A stretch of DNA of 64,000 nt, from positions 244,242-308,241 of the forward strand of contig JBILHA010000001.1 in assembly GCA_044350705.1 (NCBI GenBank), given 5' to 3'. The position numbers and the translations under genes are program-made. Shown here piece by piece: positions 28,747-38,728 of this stretch; position 1 is the first letter of the stretch, and every line of letters begins with the position of its first letter. The DNA comes from Candidatus Kapaibacterium sp. Its GTDB lineage: Bacteria > Patescibacteriota > Patescibacteriia > UBA9934. Under the pieces are notes generated by a model, which had not been told where the DNA came from, did not search any database, and saw only the letters and a program-made list of their open reading frames with translations.

Positions 28747-30141
28747 ATGATTCCCGAACATATCGTTATTAAAAATAATGAACTCCCTGAATCGCCTGGG
28801 ATTTATTTTTATTACGATCAAGAAGGGAAGTTGCTTTATATTGGAAAGGCGACGAGTTTAAAAAAACGCGTGAGTTCCTATTTTACGAAAGCGCATGATG
28901 CACGGATTGAAGATCTCGTACGGAATATTGCAAAGATTGAGTATATTGAAACGCCGACGGTTATTGAGGCGCTGGTTCTTGAAGCAAATCAAATTCGTGC
29001 GCATCAACCGCCATATAATATTTTGGAAAAGGATGATAAAAGCTTCTTGTATTTTTGTTTGACGAATGAGCAGTATCCGCGTCCACTGTTGCTTCGCGGG
29101 CGAGACTTGGAGCGTTTGGGTATTCAGCCATTTTCTCGGAAATTATCGGATAAAGCGAAGAGATATTTTTTGGCAGTGTATGGACCGTATACCAATGGTC
29201 GCGCGATTAAGCTTGCGCTTGATTTGTTGCGACCCGTGATGCCGTGGTCGGTGTGTACGCCACCGGGAGGATCGAATTTTCCGATTGAATTGTTTACTGG
29301 CCAACGATCATTTGGATTTAAAAAAGGAAATAAAGATGGGAAGCCGTGTTTTGATGCGCAGGTCAAAAAGTGTCCTGGAGTGTGTAGGGGTGAGATGACG
29401 GTTAGGGAATATCGTCGAGGGATTGCGCGACTCATGCGTTTCTTTGAGGGAGAGAAAACGAGTGTGCTTTCTGAGCTTGAGCGCAATATGAAGCGGGCCG
29501 CAAAGAACCATCAGTTTGAAGAGGCGGCTGCATATCGTAATAGAGTTCAAGCACTTGAACATATTAATGATGTTGCGCTTATTTTACGGGATGATGACGT
29601 GCCATCGCTTCCTTTTTCAAAGGTAGAAGGCGTTTCCGGAGCGGATCTCTTGGGCCGCATTGAAGCCTATGATATTGCGCACATCAGTGGCTCTGCCGCA
29701 GTCGCTTCGATGGTGGTTTTTGAAGGTGGACGCCCTGCGAAAGAAAACTATCGTCGATTCCGTATTAAAGTTGCTCAAGGAGGAGATGATGTCGCTTCCA
29801 TGGAAGAGGTGATGCGACGACGTTTGGCACGTGCGCAGCATCAGCCGATCGCGTGGCCTCTTCCTGATTTATTCGTCATTGATGGGGGAGAGGGGCAGGT
29901 GAATCGTGTACAAGATGTTATTGAATCACTTGGCGTGAAGGTGCCGGTTATCGGTATTGCAAAGGGGTTTGATCGAAAGCAGGATCGTTTAGTGAGCGTT
30001 GTTTCACAACCGGAAGTGTTGCGTGCAGCAAATGCGTATAAGGAGGTTTTGCAACGGGCGCGTGATGAAGCGCACCGTTTTGCAGGAGCATATCATCGAA
30101 ATTTGCGCGCGAGACTGAGCGGATTGAAGAAACAGAGGTAG
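28747..30141 (+). CDS. uvrC: Excinuclease ABC subunit C (no C-terminal HhH)
   Basis: PGIY..LYIGKA GIY-YIG, Cys cluster, FEEAAAYRN UVR motif, IEAYDIAH, IDGGEGQ, RDEAHRFA. Confidence 0.92.
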   Translation: MIPEHIVIKNNELPESPGIYFYYDQEGKLLYIGKATSLKKRVSSYFTKAHDARIEDLVRNIAKIEYIETPTVIEALVLEANQIRAHQPPYNILEKDDKSFLYFCLTNEQYPRPLLLRGRDLERLGIQPFSRKLSDKAKRYFLAVYGPYTNGRAIKLALDLLRPVMPWSVCTPPGGSNFPIELFTGQRSFGFKKGNKDGKPCFDAQVKKCPGVCRGEMTVREYRRGIARLMRFFEGEKTSVLSELERNMKRAAKNHQFEEAAAYRNRVQALEHINDVALILRDDDVPSLPFSKVEGVSGADLLGRIEAYDIAHISGSAAVASMVVFEGGRPAKENYRRFRIKVAQGGDDVASMEEVMRRRLARAQHQPIAWPLPDLFVIDGGEGQVNRVQDVIESLGVKVPVIGIAKGFDRKQDRLVSVVSQPEVLRAANAYKEVLQRARDEAHRFAGAYHRNLRARLSGLKKQR

Positions 30142-30156
30142 CTTTCGAAAAACCAT

Positions 30157-30190
30157 AAAAAATCTGCGCGTTTTTCCGCGCAGATTTTTT
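30157..30190. terminator. Bidirectional terminator between uvrC and helD-like gene
   Basis: aaaaatctgcgcg...cgcgcagattttt. Confidence 0.75.
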
Positions 30191-32004
30191 TAGAGAAGAG
30201 ATGAAGCAAGGGTTTTTAGAGGCACTTTTCCGAAGATATAGAGCTCCTCAATGGCACGAGTAAGCGCCACGTAGAGTAAATCTTTTCTTATTTTTTTCAG
30301 ATTTTTTTCTAGTTCCTGTGGGATGTTTTTCTCAGAGATGAGCATTTCTGCTGCTATTCCTACGAGGAATACTCGATCGAATTCTACGCCTTGCGCCTGC
30401 TGTGCGGTCATGATATGGAAATGGGGAATATGTGTGAGTTCTTTTTTGAAGATCTCCAGGTATTCTTCTGAAAATCCGATGATTCCTGTCTGGAGTTTAT
30501 CATCAGGCTCTCGTGATATTTCTTTGATGCGTTGGAGTTCTGATGTTTCGTTTTCGTGATGTTCTTCTTGGACTGCTTGGCCGTCGCGCATTCCGTCGGG
30601 AATGCTCGTCGCAAAGCCGAGGTCGTTGATGAATGAAAGAATGCGCTTCGTGCTCCGATAGACTTTCTCAAGTTCAACTTTTCTTTCAGGGGTGAATGAT
30701 TCGCTTGCTTCTTCCCAGGTGGTAAGCGTTCCTAAAAGTATTTGTTGGCGAAGGTCTCCTACGTAGAGCATGGCGTTCGTATCTTTGCTGATACATGACC
30801 GTAGGATGTTTATTTGTTCTGGAAGGTAGTTTTGAACTTCGTCAATAACGATGAACGCGTATGAAAGGGGGATTTTTCGTTTTTTTCTCATGACTTCGAA
30901 TTCTTTTTTCCTCTCAAAATATTCTTCCTCTTTTTTTAATTTTCCTTCTTGTTTTATGAGTCCATTGAGGAGGAGGGTGATATCGAAACGGTCAAATGTT
31001 TTTGTTCGCTTTTGTTCCTCAAAAAGAAGCATGTCTTCTGGGGAGAAGAAGGGGGCATATGCTTCCCCAAGCGCAGCGAAAGGGTTTTTGTGATTGCAGG
31101 AATGTATCTTGCGAAGTGCGAGAAGTTTATGGTGTTCGTGCGTATCGATGGCGATGTTGGTTCCGTTTTGTCGTCTTACGAAACTTGCATTATTGATGTG
31201 GAGTTGTTCGCATGCCCAAGCAAAAAAAGTCGTAACATTTACTTGGTGAATGCCGAGTTCGGGGAGAAGTTTTGAGAAGTATGCTCGTGTGTTTTCGTCC
31301 TGGACGAAAACGATAATGTTGTCATCTGAAAATTGCGCTGCATGTTCGGGTGATTGTAGGAGGTAGGCAATGCGATGGAATGCGAGGGTGGTTTTTCCTG
31401 ATCCGGCGGGTCCTGAAATGAGAAAAGATCCTTGCGCTTCAGCGCGAATAACGTCATCTTGTGCTCGTTCCATGCGTGCAATAATTTCCGGGAGCATGAA
31501 ATCGGTTTTTCTTTTGGAGAGTTGTTCTTGATAGACGAGGGTTCGTCCCTCTTTTGCCGTTTCGCTGGTCATGAAGCGGATTTCTCCGCCCGCGATCATG
31601 AATTGATCTTTGCGGCTTAAAGTTCCGGACCACGTTCCCTGATCTGGGATTGTGTAGGTAATGGGTCCGAGGTCTGCGAAGCGTAGCCGTGCTGCGGGCG
31701 AAGTCCAGGAAAAAATTCCTTCTGAGATGAGGGGGAATTTTGCAAAGTGGATGGTTTGTATTTTTCCGTCGGTATGCGTGATATCTCCGCGGAAAAAGAA
31801 GGGGCTTGGGAAGAGATGATGTAATTGATCGAGTCGCTCATGAAAATGCGTGAGGAGCTTTTGTTGGACAAATTGATCGGTTTGTCCGGGTTGTTCGTAT
31901 CGCTCGATTGTTTTTTCGGTCGTTTGTATTTCCTGCACGATACTTTTTCGTGCGTTTTCCACGTTTGATTTTGCCTCCCTGAGAAGAATTTCTTTCTTGG
32001 ACAT
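30190..32004 (-). CDS. helD: HelD-like SF1 ATPase (RNA polymerase recycling helicase family)
   Basis: SPFFFRGD..SWTSPAA N-terminal pattern, QDDVIRA..ISGPAGSGKTTLAFHRIAYLL, IDEVQ, VGDLRQ, YRST, QGVEFD, LYVALTRA. Confidence 0.75.
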   Translation of the reverse strand: MSKKEILLREAKSNVENARKSIVQEIQTTEKTIERYEQPGQTDQFVQQKLLTHFHERLDQLHHLFPSPFFFRGDITHTDGKIQTIHFAKFPLISEGIFSWTSPAARLRFADLGPITYTIPDQGTWSGTLSRKDQFMIAGGEIRFMTSETAKEGRTLVYQEQLSKRKTDFMLPEIIARMERAQDDVIRAEAQGSFLISGPAGSGKTTLAFHRIAYLLQSPEHAAQFSDDNIIVFVQDENTRAYFSKLLPELGIHQVNVTTFFAWACEQLHINNASFVRRQNGTNIAIDTHEHHKLLALRKIHSCNHKNPFAALGEAYAPFFSPEDMLLFEEQKRTKTFDRFDITLLLNGLIKQEGKLKKEEEYFERKKEFEVMRKKRKIPLSYAFIVIDEVQNYLPEQINILRSCISKDTNAMLYVGDLRQQILLGTLTTWEEASESFTPERKVELEKVYRSTKRILSFINDLGFATSIPDGMRDGQAVQEEHHENETSELQRIKEISREPDDKLQTGIIGFSEEYLEIFKKELTHIPHFHIMTAQQAQGVEFDRVFLVGIAAEMLISEKNIPQELEKNLKKIRKDLLYVALTRAIEELYIFGKVPLKTLASSLL

Positions 32005-32231
32005 AAGAAAAGAATATCAAGTATTTTGTCATGCAAAGAGAATGACCCCTTGGTGGGGTCATAGAAGGGGCTTTTGGGAAATGGAATTGAGATGATGATA
32101 AAGGAGAAGACGGCTTTTGTGAAGGCATATAGATGAAACACCTTTTTCTCAAGGCTCCTTCTTTTTTACTTGCAGTTGAGTCGGTCTGCAGGGAATGGCA
32201 GATTTATGCACAGATTTCGAGTATTTTCTCG

Positions 32232-32280
32232 AAAGTGGAAAAAAAGTGGTGTAAAGTGGTTACAAATGGCAAAAAGTGGG
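32232..32280 (+). promoter_or_regulatory. MraZ-binding repeat boxes
   Basis: GTGG (one ATGG) at 32235, 32246, 32256, 32266, 32276, about 10-nt period, upstream of mraZ. Confidence 0.8.
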
Positions 32281-32320
32281 GAATTGCCATTTCTCCTCAA
32301 AAATCTCCACCACAACCACC

Positions 32321-32752
32321 ATGTTCATTGGCGAATTTCATCTCACCATCGACGACAAGGGGCGGCTCGCTGTCCCGGTGAAGTTTCGTTCTGCTCTCGC
32401 GACGGGGGCGGTTGTGACGCGAGGGCTGGACACTTCATTATTTGTACTTACGAAAGAGGCTTGGGAACGCTTGGCTGCCAAGATTGCTGAATTACCGCTT
32501 GGGTCTGCAGCGTCCCGTTCATTCGCCCGGTTCATGCTTGCGGGTGCAATGGACGTGACACTGGATGCCCAAGGACGTTTTGTGGTGCCCGAATATCTTC
32601 GGAGCTACGCGAAATTGCAAAAAGATGCCGTGCTTGTTGGCATCAATGATCGTTTGGAGCTTTGGGATAAAGCAACGTGGGATGCATATGCTCGCGAAGC
32701 TGAGCAGAATGCAGAGGCGATTGCTGAATCTTTGGGAGGATTAGGTATATGA
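32321..32752 (+). CDS. mraZ: Transcriptional regulator MraZ
   Basis: MFIGEF..IDDKGRLAVP, LDAQGRFVVP, ELWD. Confidence 0.96.
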   Translation: MFIGEFHLTIDDKGRLAVPVKFRSALATGAVVTRGLDTSLFVLTKEAWERLAAKIAELPLGSAASRSFARFMLAGAMDVTLDAQGRFVVPEYLRSYAKLQKDAVLVGINDRLELWDKATWDAYAREAEQNAEAIAESLGGLGI

Positions 32753-33606
32753 ACGTCACACACATTCCGGTGCTTGCAAGAGAGGTTATGGATGGGTTGC
32801 ATATTGCTCCTGGCATGACTGTGGTCGATGGAACGTGTGGGCTCGGTGGGCATACCGCACTTTTGGCGGATGCAGTTGGTCCAACGGGAAAGGTGTTTGC
32901 ATTCGATAAAGATGCAAGGAACCTTGCCATTGCGCGTGAACGATTGGCGCCATATCAGGATCGTGCGCAGTTTGTGCATGATTCGTATGTGCATGTTTCT
33001 GAGTATGTTCAGCAGGCTCACGCTGTTCTTTTAGATCTTGGATACTCGTCTGCGCATGTGGATGATCCTTCGCGAGGTTTTTCTTTTCAGGCGGATGGAC
33101 CGTTGGATATGCGGTATGACACTCGAGAAGGGGTTACGGCTGCGGACATCGTGAATAGTTGGTCGCGTGATGACCTTGCGACAATTTTCCGTCGGTATGG
33201 CGAAGAGCCTCGAGCGCCCCAGGTCGCGAAAGCGATTTTTGAAGCGCGAAGAAAGGAGCGCATCACGCGTACCTTGCAGCTCGCGGATATCGTTTCATCG
33301 ATTATCCCCCGCATGGGAAAAATTCATCCTGCAACACGCGTCTTTCAAGCGTTGCGTATTGCGGTCAATGATGAATTCGGTGCAGTCGAGCAAGGTATTC
33401 AGGCAGCGCTTTCCGTGCTTGTTTCTGGAGGGAGGTTGGCGGTTATCACCTTTCATTCTCTTGAGGATCGTTTGGTGAAGCGCGCATTTTTACAAAGTGA
33501 AGGAGCTATTGTACTTACCAAAAAACCGATGATTGCGACGCATGAAGAGCAGCGAGAAAATCCTCGTTCTCGGAGTGCAAAGCTTCGGGTGATAGAAAAA
33601 CAGTAA
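32749..33606 (+). CDS. rsmH: 16S rRNA m4C1402 methyltransferase RsmH
   Basis: HIPVL, DGTCGLGGH, LDLGYSS, GPLDMRYD, HPATRVFQALRIAVN, FHSLEDR, NPRSRSAKLR. Confidence 0.97.
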   Translation: MNVTHIPVLAREVMDGLHIAPGMTVVDGTCGLGGHTALLADAVGPTGKVFAFDKDARNLAIARERLAPYQDRAQFVHDSYVHVSEYVQQAHAVLLDLGYSSAHVDDPSRGFSFQADGPLDMRYDTREGVTAADIVNSWSRDDLATIFRRYGEEPRAPQVAKAIFEARRKERITRTLQLADIVSSIIPRMGKIHPATRVFQALRIAVNDEFGAVEQGIQAALSVLVSGGRLAVITFHSLEDRLVKRAFLQSEGAIVLTKKPMIATHEEQRENPRSRSAKLRVIEKQ

Positions 33607-33930
33607 GTGATTCGTATGGAGGAACGAAGAAACTTTTTTCACCATTCAGCTTCAACCGTGCAACTGATTGTTGCGGGGGGTATTTTTCTCGTCTTGCTCG
33701 CAGGATACATTATGCAAGTCAATGCTTCCTCAACAAAAGCTTATGCGCTGCGTGATGCACAAAATCATCACGAGGAACTTGTTCGGGCGAATGATCGACT
33801 CGCTGCGGAAATTGATCGCTTGCGTTCACTTTCAAGTGTGATGGAGCGGCAAGCGTTTTTAGATCTGGTTCCTGTGCGCGATATTGCTTATATTTTCGAT
33901 GATCAATCGGAAACCGTTGCTATTAAATAG
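33607..33930 (+). CDS. FtsL-like cell division protein
   Basis: Position after mraZ-rsmH; single TM followed by coiled coil. Confidence 0.6.
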   Translation: MIRMEERRNFFHHSASTVQLIVAGGIFLVLLAGYIMQVNASSTKAYALRDAQNHHEELVRANDRLAAEIDRLRSLSSVMERQAFLDLVPVRDIAYIFDDQSETVAIK

Positions 33931-33989
33931 GCCACTTCTCAGTGTAGGTACTCTCTTTTTGGTTTTTTATTCTGCTATACTTTCCTCGT

Positions 33990-35597
33990 ATGGCAGCTGT
34001 TGGTTCTTCAGGAAATACTCGCAGGCCGCGTCCGGCCGTTTTGCTTGTCCTCGATGGATTTGGTATTGCCCCGAATGGAGAGGGGAATGCGATTGCCCGA
34101 GCTCGTACGCCCCATTTGGCGAAATGGACTCAACGCTATCCGGTGGTTACGCTGAAATCTTCGGGAGAAGAGGTGGGTTTGTCGTGGGGGGAAATGGGAA
34201 ATTCTGAAGTGGGGCATTTAGCGATCGGTGCTGGTCGGGTGTATAGCCAGACGCTTCCTCGTATTAACAAAGCAATGACTGATGGTTCGTTTGCGACCAA
34301 CTCCGCGTTTGCTCAGGTCTTCGCCCAGGTGAAAGAATCGGGAGGAACGCTTCATTTACTGGGTATTATTTCTTCAGGAAAAGTACATGGATTTGATGAA
34401 CACGGTATTGCGCTTTTGAAAGCTGCGAAGTCTGCAGGAGTCAAGCGCGTTGCAATACACGGCATCCTTGATGGACGTGATACCTTGTATAACTCGGGGC
34501 GAGAATTCATTGCCTCTTTTGAAGCGAAGATGAAGGAATTGGGGATCGGTTTTTTTGCTTCTCTTTCCGGTCGATACTATGCCATGGATCGAGATAACCG
34601 TTGGGATCGTGTGGAAAAGGCGTATCGAGCGATTGCTGAGGGGGTTTCTCCTCTTACTGCAGAGAGCCCCGACGAGGCGCTTGCGCAGTCGTATGCAAAA
34701 GAGACGTATGATGAAGAATTCATGCCTACGGTTATTGTGCGAAAAGGAAAACCCGTAGCTCCTATAGCATCGGGAGATGGAGTGATTTTTTTCAATTTTC
34801 GTCCTGATCGGGCACGAGAACTCACAAAAGCTTTTGTATTACCTGCATTTGATGCTTTTGAGCGTACGCACATCCCTCGTCTCTCTTTTGTGACCATGAC
34901 TGAGTATGAAAAGAATTTGCCTGTCCTGGTCGCATTTCCTCCCGTTGAGATTACTCGTCCGCTCGCAGAAGTGATCGCAGACGCGGGACTTGTTCAGCTG
35001 CATGTCGCGGAAACAGAGAAATATGCGCATGTCACGTTCTTTTTAAACGGTACCCGTGAAGAGCCTTTTCCCCATGAGGATCGCGTGCTCATTCCTTCGC
35101 CGCATGTTGCTTCTTATGCTGTAAAGCCTGAAATGAGCGCATATGCAGTTGCGGATCGTATTGTGCAAGAAGTACAGCGAGGAAACTACGATGTTATCAT
35201 TGCGAATTTTGCCAATCCAGATATGGTGGCGCATACGGGGAATGTTGACGCAACTATTCGTGCTATTGAAGTTACTGATGAATGCTTAGGACGCATTGTT
35301 GATGCGGTTCTCGAGGAAGACGGGGTTGTATGTATTACCGCTGATCATGGAAACGCTGAGGAGGTACTCAACCTGCAAACGCATGCTATGGATAAAGAGC
35401 ACAGTACGAATCCCGTGCCTTTTTGGATTATTGCTCGTGAGTTTGAGGGAAAGGCCGGTATTTCCGGAGATGTCCCAGAGGGCGATCTCTCCCTTCTTCC
35501 GCCGGTGGGTATGCTTGCTGATGTTGCCCCCACTTTTTTGGCGCTCTTAGGTATTCCTCAGCCGCCTGAAATGACCGGTACCTCCCTTCTTCCTTAA
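33990..35597 (+). CDS. gpmI: 2,3-bisphosphoglycerate-independent phosphoglycerate mutase
   Basis: VLDGFG, MGNSEVGH, LDGRDT, GRYYAMDRD, NFRPDRAR, AETEKYAHVTFF, NPDMVAH, ADHGNAE. Confidence 0.97.
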   Translation: MAAVGSSGNTRRPRPAVLLVLDGFGIAPNGEGNAIARARTPHLAKWTQRYPVVTLKSSGEEVGLSWGEMGNSEVGHLAIGAGRVYSQTLPRINKAMTDGSFATNSAFAQVFAQVKESGGTLHLLGIISSGKVHGFDEHGIALLKAAKSAGVKRVAIHGILDGRDTLYNSGREFIASFEAKMKELGIGFFASLSGRYYAMDRDNRWDRVEKAYRAIAEGVSPLTAESPDEALAQSYAKETYDEEFMPTVIVRKGKPVAPIASGDGVIFFNFRPDRARELTKAFVLPAFDAFERTHIPRLSFVTMTEYEKNLPVLVAFPPVEITRPLAEVIADAGLVQLHVAETEKYAHVTFFLNGTREEPFPHEDRVLIPSPHVASYAVKPEMSAYAVADRIVQEVQRGNYDVIIANFANPDMVAHTGNVDATIRAIEVTDECLGRIVDAVLEEDGVVCITADHGNAEEVLNLQTHAMDKEHSTNPVPFWIIAREFEGKAGISGDVPEGDLSLLPPVGMLADVAPTFLALLGIPQPPEMTGTSLLP

Positions 35598-35608
35598 GGC
35601 GTGCGTGT

Positions 35609-37069
35609 ATGCGATATACGCTGGAGGAATTTGTACGAGCATTTGCCATGCAAGTGGCAGATGAACCCTTGCGCGGAGAACAGCCTCCCCGTGCTTTTTT
35701 TGTGGGAGGGACGGTTCGCGATATGGTGCGGGGAGAGGATGAGGTACGGGATATTGATATAGAGGTATATGGTGTTGAGTCGGTACGCGTGCAGGAAATT
35801 CTTGAAGCGCTTGCGGGAAGACCGGTCGATGTCTTTGGTGCCGCGTTTGGGGTTTATAAGATTTCCTTTGATGAAGGGGTGATCGATGTTGCTTTGCCTC
35901 GGCGAGAGTCGAAAAAAGGGAGGGGGCACAAAGGATTCTCTATTACCGGAGATCCTCATTTGTCGTTTACCGATGCACTTCGTCGTCGAGATTTCACCAT
36001 GAATGCCATGTTGCGCGATGTTCTTACTGATGAACTCATTGATCCTTATCACGGACAGGATGACTTGGTTCAGGGATTATTGCGTGTGGTAGATGAGCGT
36101 ACTTTTCCTGAGGATCCTTTGCGTGTTTATCGAGGCATGCAGTTTGTTGCTCGATTTGGACTTCGGGTTGAAGAAAACAGCAAGAAGCTTTTTGCGCGCA
36201 TGGTGCGATCCGGTGAGCTTGAAACGCTTTCATCGGAACGCGTTACCGAGGAGTGGAGGAAGTTTCTTGCGGGTGCTTATCCTGTTTTTGGATTGCGATT
36301 TCTTGAAGATACGGGACTGATTACGCATTATCCAGAATTGGATGCGCTTCGTGAAATCCCACAGGATCCTCAATGGCATCCAGAGGGTTCGGTATGGGAG
36401 CATACGGTGCGGGCCGTAGAGGCTGCGTCGCAAGAGGCTCTTTCTGCGCATGGGGGAGTTTTGCGGCTTGCACTTTTGCTCCATGATGTTGGCAAGGCTG
36501 TTGCAACGCGAAAGGTGAATGGAAAGATTTTTGATGAGGGGCATGGTCAGGCGGGGGTGCCTCTCGCTCGTTCTTTTTTCCGTCGTTTGCATTTTTCTGA
36601 ACGGGATGAGCGTGATGTGCTTGCATGCGTTGCGCATCACGAGCGCCTTCCAGAGCTCTATAAGAAAGCGAAATACGAAGATTGGACTGAGCAACGCGCT
36701 GCTAACGAGCTTCGTATATTGTGGCGTGACGTCGGGGTTGAGCGAGTGCCTTTTTTCTTAGCGGTTTGCGAAGCAAACGCGCGGGGAAGGGATCTCCCGC
36801 TTGATTATCGAGAATATCCCGTACGGGTATGGGCAGAAGATCTTTCTTCGCGGCATCATCTTTTCCAGGCAGCTTCTGCCCCCTTGCTTTCAGGTCAAGA
36901 TGTCCAGCATATTGCCATGCGCTTGCGTGCGCCTCTGCCTCTTGGTAAAGCATTTGGTATGCTTTTGGAGCGTATTGAAGCAGCTCGAGATCGTGGAGAA
37001 ATTGCGACCCGGAATGAGGCTATTTTATATGCGGAAGGTCTCCTCGAACGGCAGGATGATTGTTCCTAA
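35609..37069 (+). CDS. CCA tRNA nucleotidyltransferase/poly(A) polymerase family with HD domain
   Basis: VGGTVRD, DIDIEV, RRDFTMNAM, EDPLRVYR, WHPEG.VWEHT, LLHDVGK. Confidence 0.9.
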   Translation: MRYTLEEFVRAFAMQVADEPLRGEQPPRAFFVGGTVRDMVRGEDEVRDIDIEVYGVESVRVQEILEALAGRPVDVFGAAFGVYKISFDEGVIDVALPRRESKKGRGHKGFSITGDPHLSFTDALRRRDFTMNAMLRDVLTDELIDPYHGQDDLVQGLLRVVDERTFPEDPLRVYRGMQFVARFGLRVEENSKKLFARMVRSGELETLSSERVTEEWRKFLAGAYPVFGLRFLEDTGLITHYPELDALREIPQDPQWHPEGSVWEHTVRAVEAASQEALSAHGGVLRLALLLHDVGKAVATRKVNGKIFDEGHGQAGVPLARSFFRRLHFSERDERDVLACVAHHERLPELYKKAKYEDWTEQRAANELRILWRDVGVERVPFFLAVCEANARGRDLPLDYREYPVRVWAEDLSSRHHLFQAASAPLLSGQDVQHIAMRLRAPLPLGKAFGMLLERIEAARDRGEIATRNEAILYAEGLLERQDDCS

Positions 37070-37080
37070 TACTCTTCTCT

Positions 37081-38007
37081 ATGTATAACCCTATTCCCCC
37101 TGAGAAAACGACAAAGAAAACGATTGCTTTTGCATTGCTCGCGTGCATCACCTTGGTCAGCGTTATTGCTGCAGGATATTTTGCCTTTTTAGCGAAGGAT
37201 TTACAGGGGAGATTAGATGTACGAGAAATCGTCAAGGCAGTTGAAGGGGATGGCCGCGTTCAGGAAGAAGCGCAGAAAGAGCCTCCTGTCCCTCTTTTTA
37301 CTCACCCTGTCCCTCTCCAAGTTCCTCTCGTAGTTGATGAAGATACTACGACCCTTGGGGCGACGCTTCGCAGTTGGAATCAGGTAAATGCAGAGGCGGG
37401 CATTGAGTACTGCGTTCATCTTCCTCAGTATGCCGCAGATGAAAAGATACGCGCTCATGAGCTTACCTCTTTCTCTTCTTTTATTTCGGATGAAGGAATA
37501 CGACGTGCACTTCTTTCTTATTTCTCAATTTCTTCTGAGAACGAGGCGGTTTTCTTTGCGGATATTGATCAGATTACTGATGAAAATGATTACCTTCACC
37601 CAGGATATACGGCATGTTCAGATGGAAAGGGCAAAAAGTTTCTTCTTCTCGAAGAGGAAATCGCGGTCATGTATCCTGAGACATCTCGCGTTCAGCAGGA
37701 GCACTTCCCCCTGGTTCTTCAGTGGAGTGAGGTTGGTGAAGAATATGCATGGACCGTCTTTCGAGGACAGTATCGCGCGATGGATGGATATGGTTTGATT
37801 CCGGATTGGGAGGGTAACGTTATTCTTACTACGGGATATGGAGATGCGGGGTTTGCGCATTGGCAGCATGAGCAACTTGAGGTACAAGAAGGGGCGGCGG
37901 TCATTACTACCCTTGAAAAATGTACTGTAGTGCCGAATGACATAGAGATTACGGAAGAATATGAATCGCTCCAGGAATGTGAGATTGAATACCAGCGCTC
38001 ATCGTAA
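37081..38007 (+). CDS. Hypothetical membrane-anchored acidic protein
   Basis: N-terminal TM, then about 260-aa extracellular domain; no motif recognised. Confidence 0.65.
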   Translation: MYNPIPPEKTTKKTIAFALLACITLVSVIAAGYFAFLAKDLQGRLDVREIVKAVEGDGRVQEEAQKEPPVPLFTHPVPLQVPLVVDEDTTTLGATLRSWNQVNAEAGIEYCVHLPQYAADEKIRAHELTSFSSFISDEGIRRALLSYFSISSENEAVFFADIDQITDENDYLHPGYTACSDGKGKKFLLLEEEIAVMYPETSRVQQEHFPLVLQWSEVGEEYAWTVFRGQYRAMDGYGLIPDWEGNVILTTGYGDAGFAHWQHEQLEVQEGAAVITTLEKCTVVPNDIEITEEYESLQECEIEYQRSS

Positions 38008-38728
38008 ATCAGAAACCATACGAAAGACGCTCGCCATTTTGCGCGAGCGTTTTCCTGAATCGGGTGCTCTGGATATGGGTACCCCGTTTCAGATGCTCGT
38101 CGCGGTAGTACTTTCTGCACGTACCAAGGATGAACAGGTACTTAAGGCACTTCCTGGGCTGTTTGCCGCATATCCTGATGCAGCGCGGCTTGCGAAAGGA
38201 ATCCCTGATGATGTGGGGAGGCACATTTCGAGCATCGGACTTTATAAGAGCAAAGCAAAATATATTATTGCTTTGGCACAAAAGATACGTGATGAGTTTG
38301 ATGGAGAAGTGCCGCGTACTATGGGAGAATTGGTTACCTTGCCAGGAGTAGGGAGAAAGACGGCAAGCGTGCTTTTGGCCGCCCGCTTTTCAATGCCTGC
38401 GATTGCGGTAGATACCCACGTATTTCGGATTGCACAGCGGTTAGGATGGGCAAAGACAGCGTCCGTTTCTCGTCTTGAAGAGGAGCTTTTGCGTCGAGTT
38501 CCTGTTGATATACAAGCTGATGTAAATACCACGATGGTTCCTTTTGGTCGTGCAATCTGCATTCCTCGGACTCCTCGTTGTTGGATGTGTCCAGTTGTTC
38601 ATCTTTGCGCATATCCGAACAAGCTGCTTACTCCTCCGCCAGACGCGAAAGACATTCAGCGAAAGATCGAGATACAGCGAAAAGAAATTGCACGGTTAAA
38701 AGAAGGAGCGACCTATGCAAAGCATTGA
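37961..38728 (+). CDS. nth: Endonuclease III
   Basis: LVAVVLSARTKD, LPGVGRKTA HhH, AVDTHVFR, CIPRTPRCWMCPVVHLC 4Fe-4S motif. Confidence 0.93.
   Translation: MNRSRNVRLNTSAHRKSETIRKTLAILRERFPESGALDMGTPFQMLVAVVLSARTKDEQVLKALPGLFAAYPDAARLAKGIPDDVGRHISSIGLYKSKAKYIIALAQKIRDEFDGEVPRTMGELVTLPGVGRKTASVLLAARFSMPAIAVDTHVFRIAQRLGWAKTASVSRLEEELLRRVPVDIQADVNTTMVPFGRAICIPRTPRCWMCPVVHLCAYPNKLLTPPPDAKDIQRKIEIQRKEIARLKEGATYAKH

Noticed and set aside
1989-32004. RPH-like genes plus HelD as a rifamycin-resistance regulon
   Set aside because: The loci are ~26 kb apart, share no upstream motif that I could see, and no rifamycin-binding domain can be recognised from sequence
32232-32280. AAAGTGG repeats as iterons or a novel array
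   Set aside because: Explained by known MraZ boxes directly upstream of mraZ
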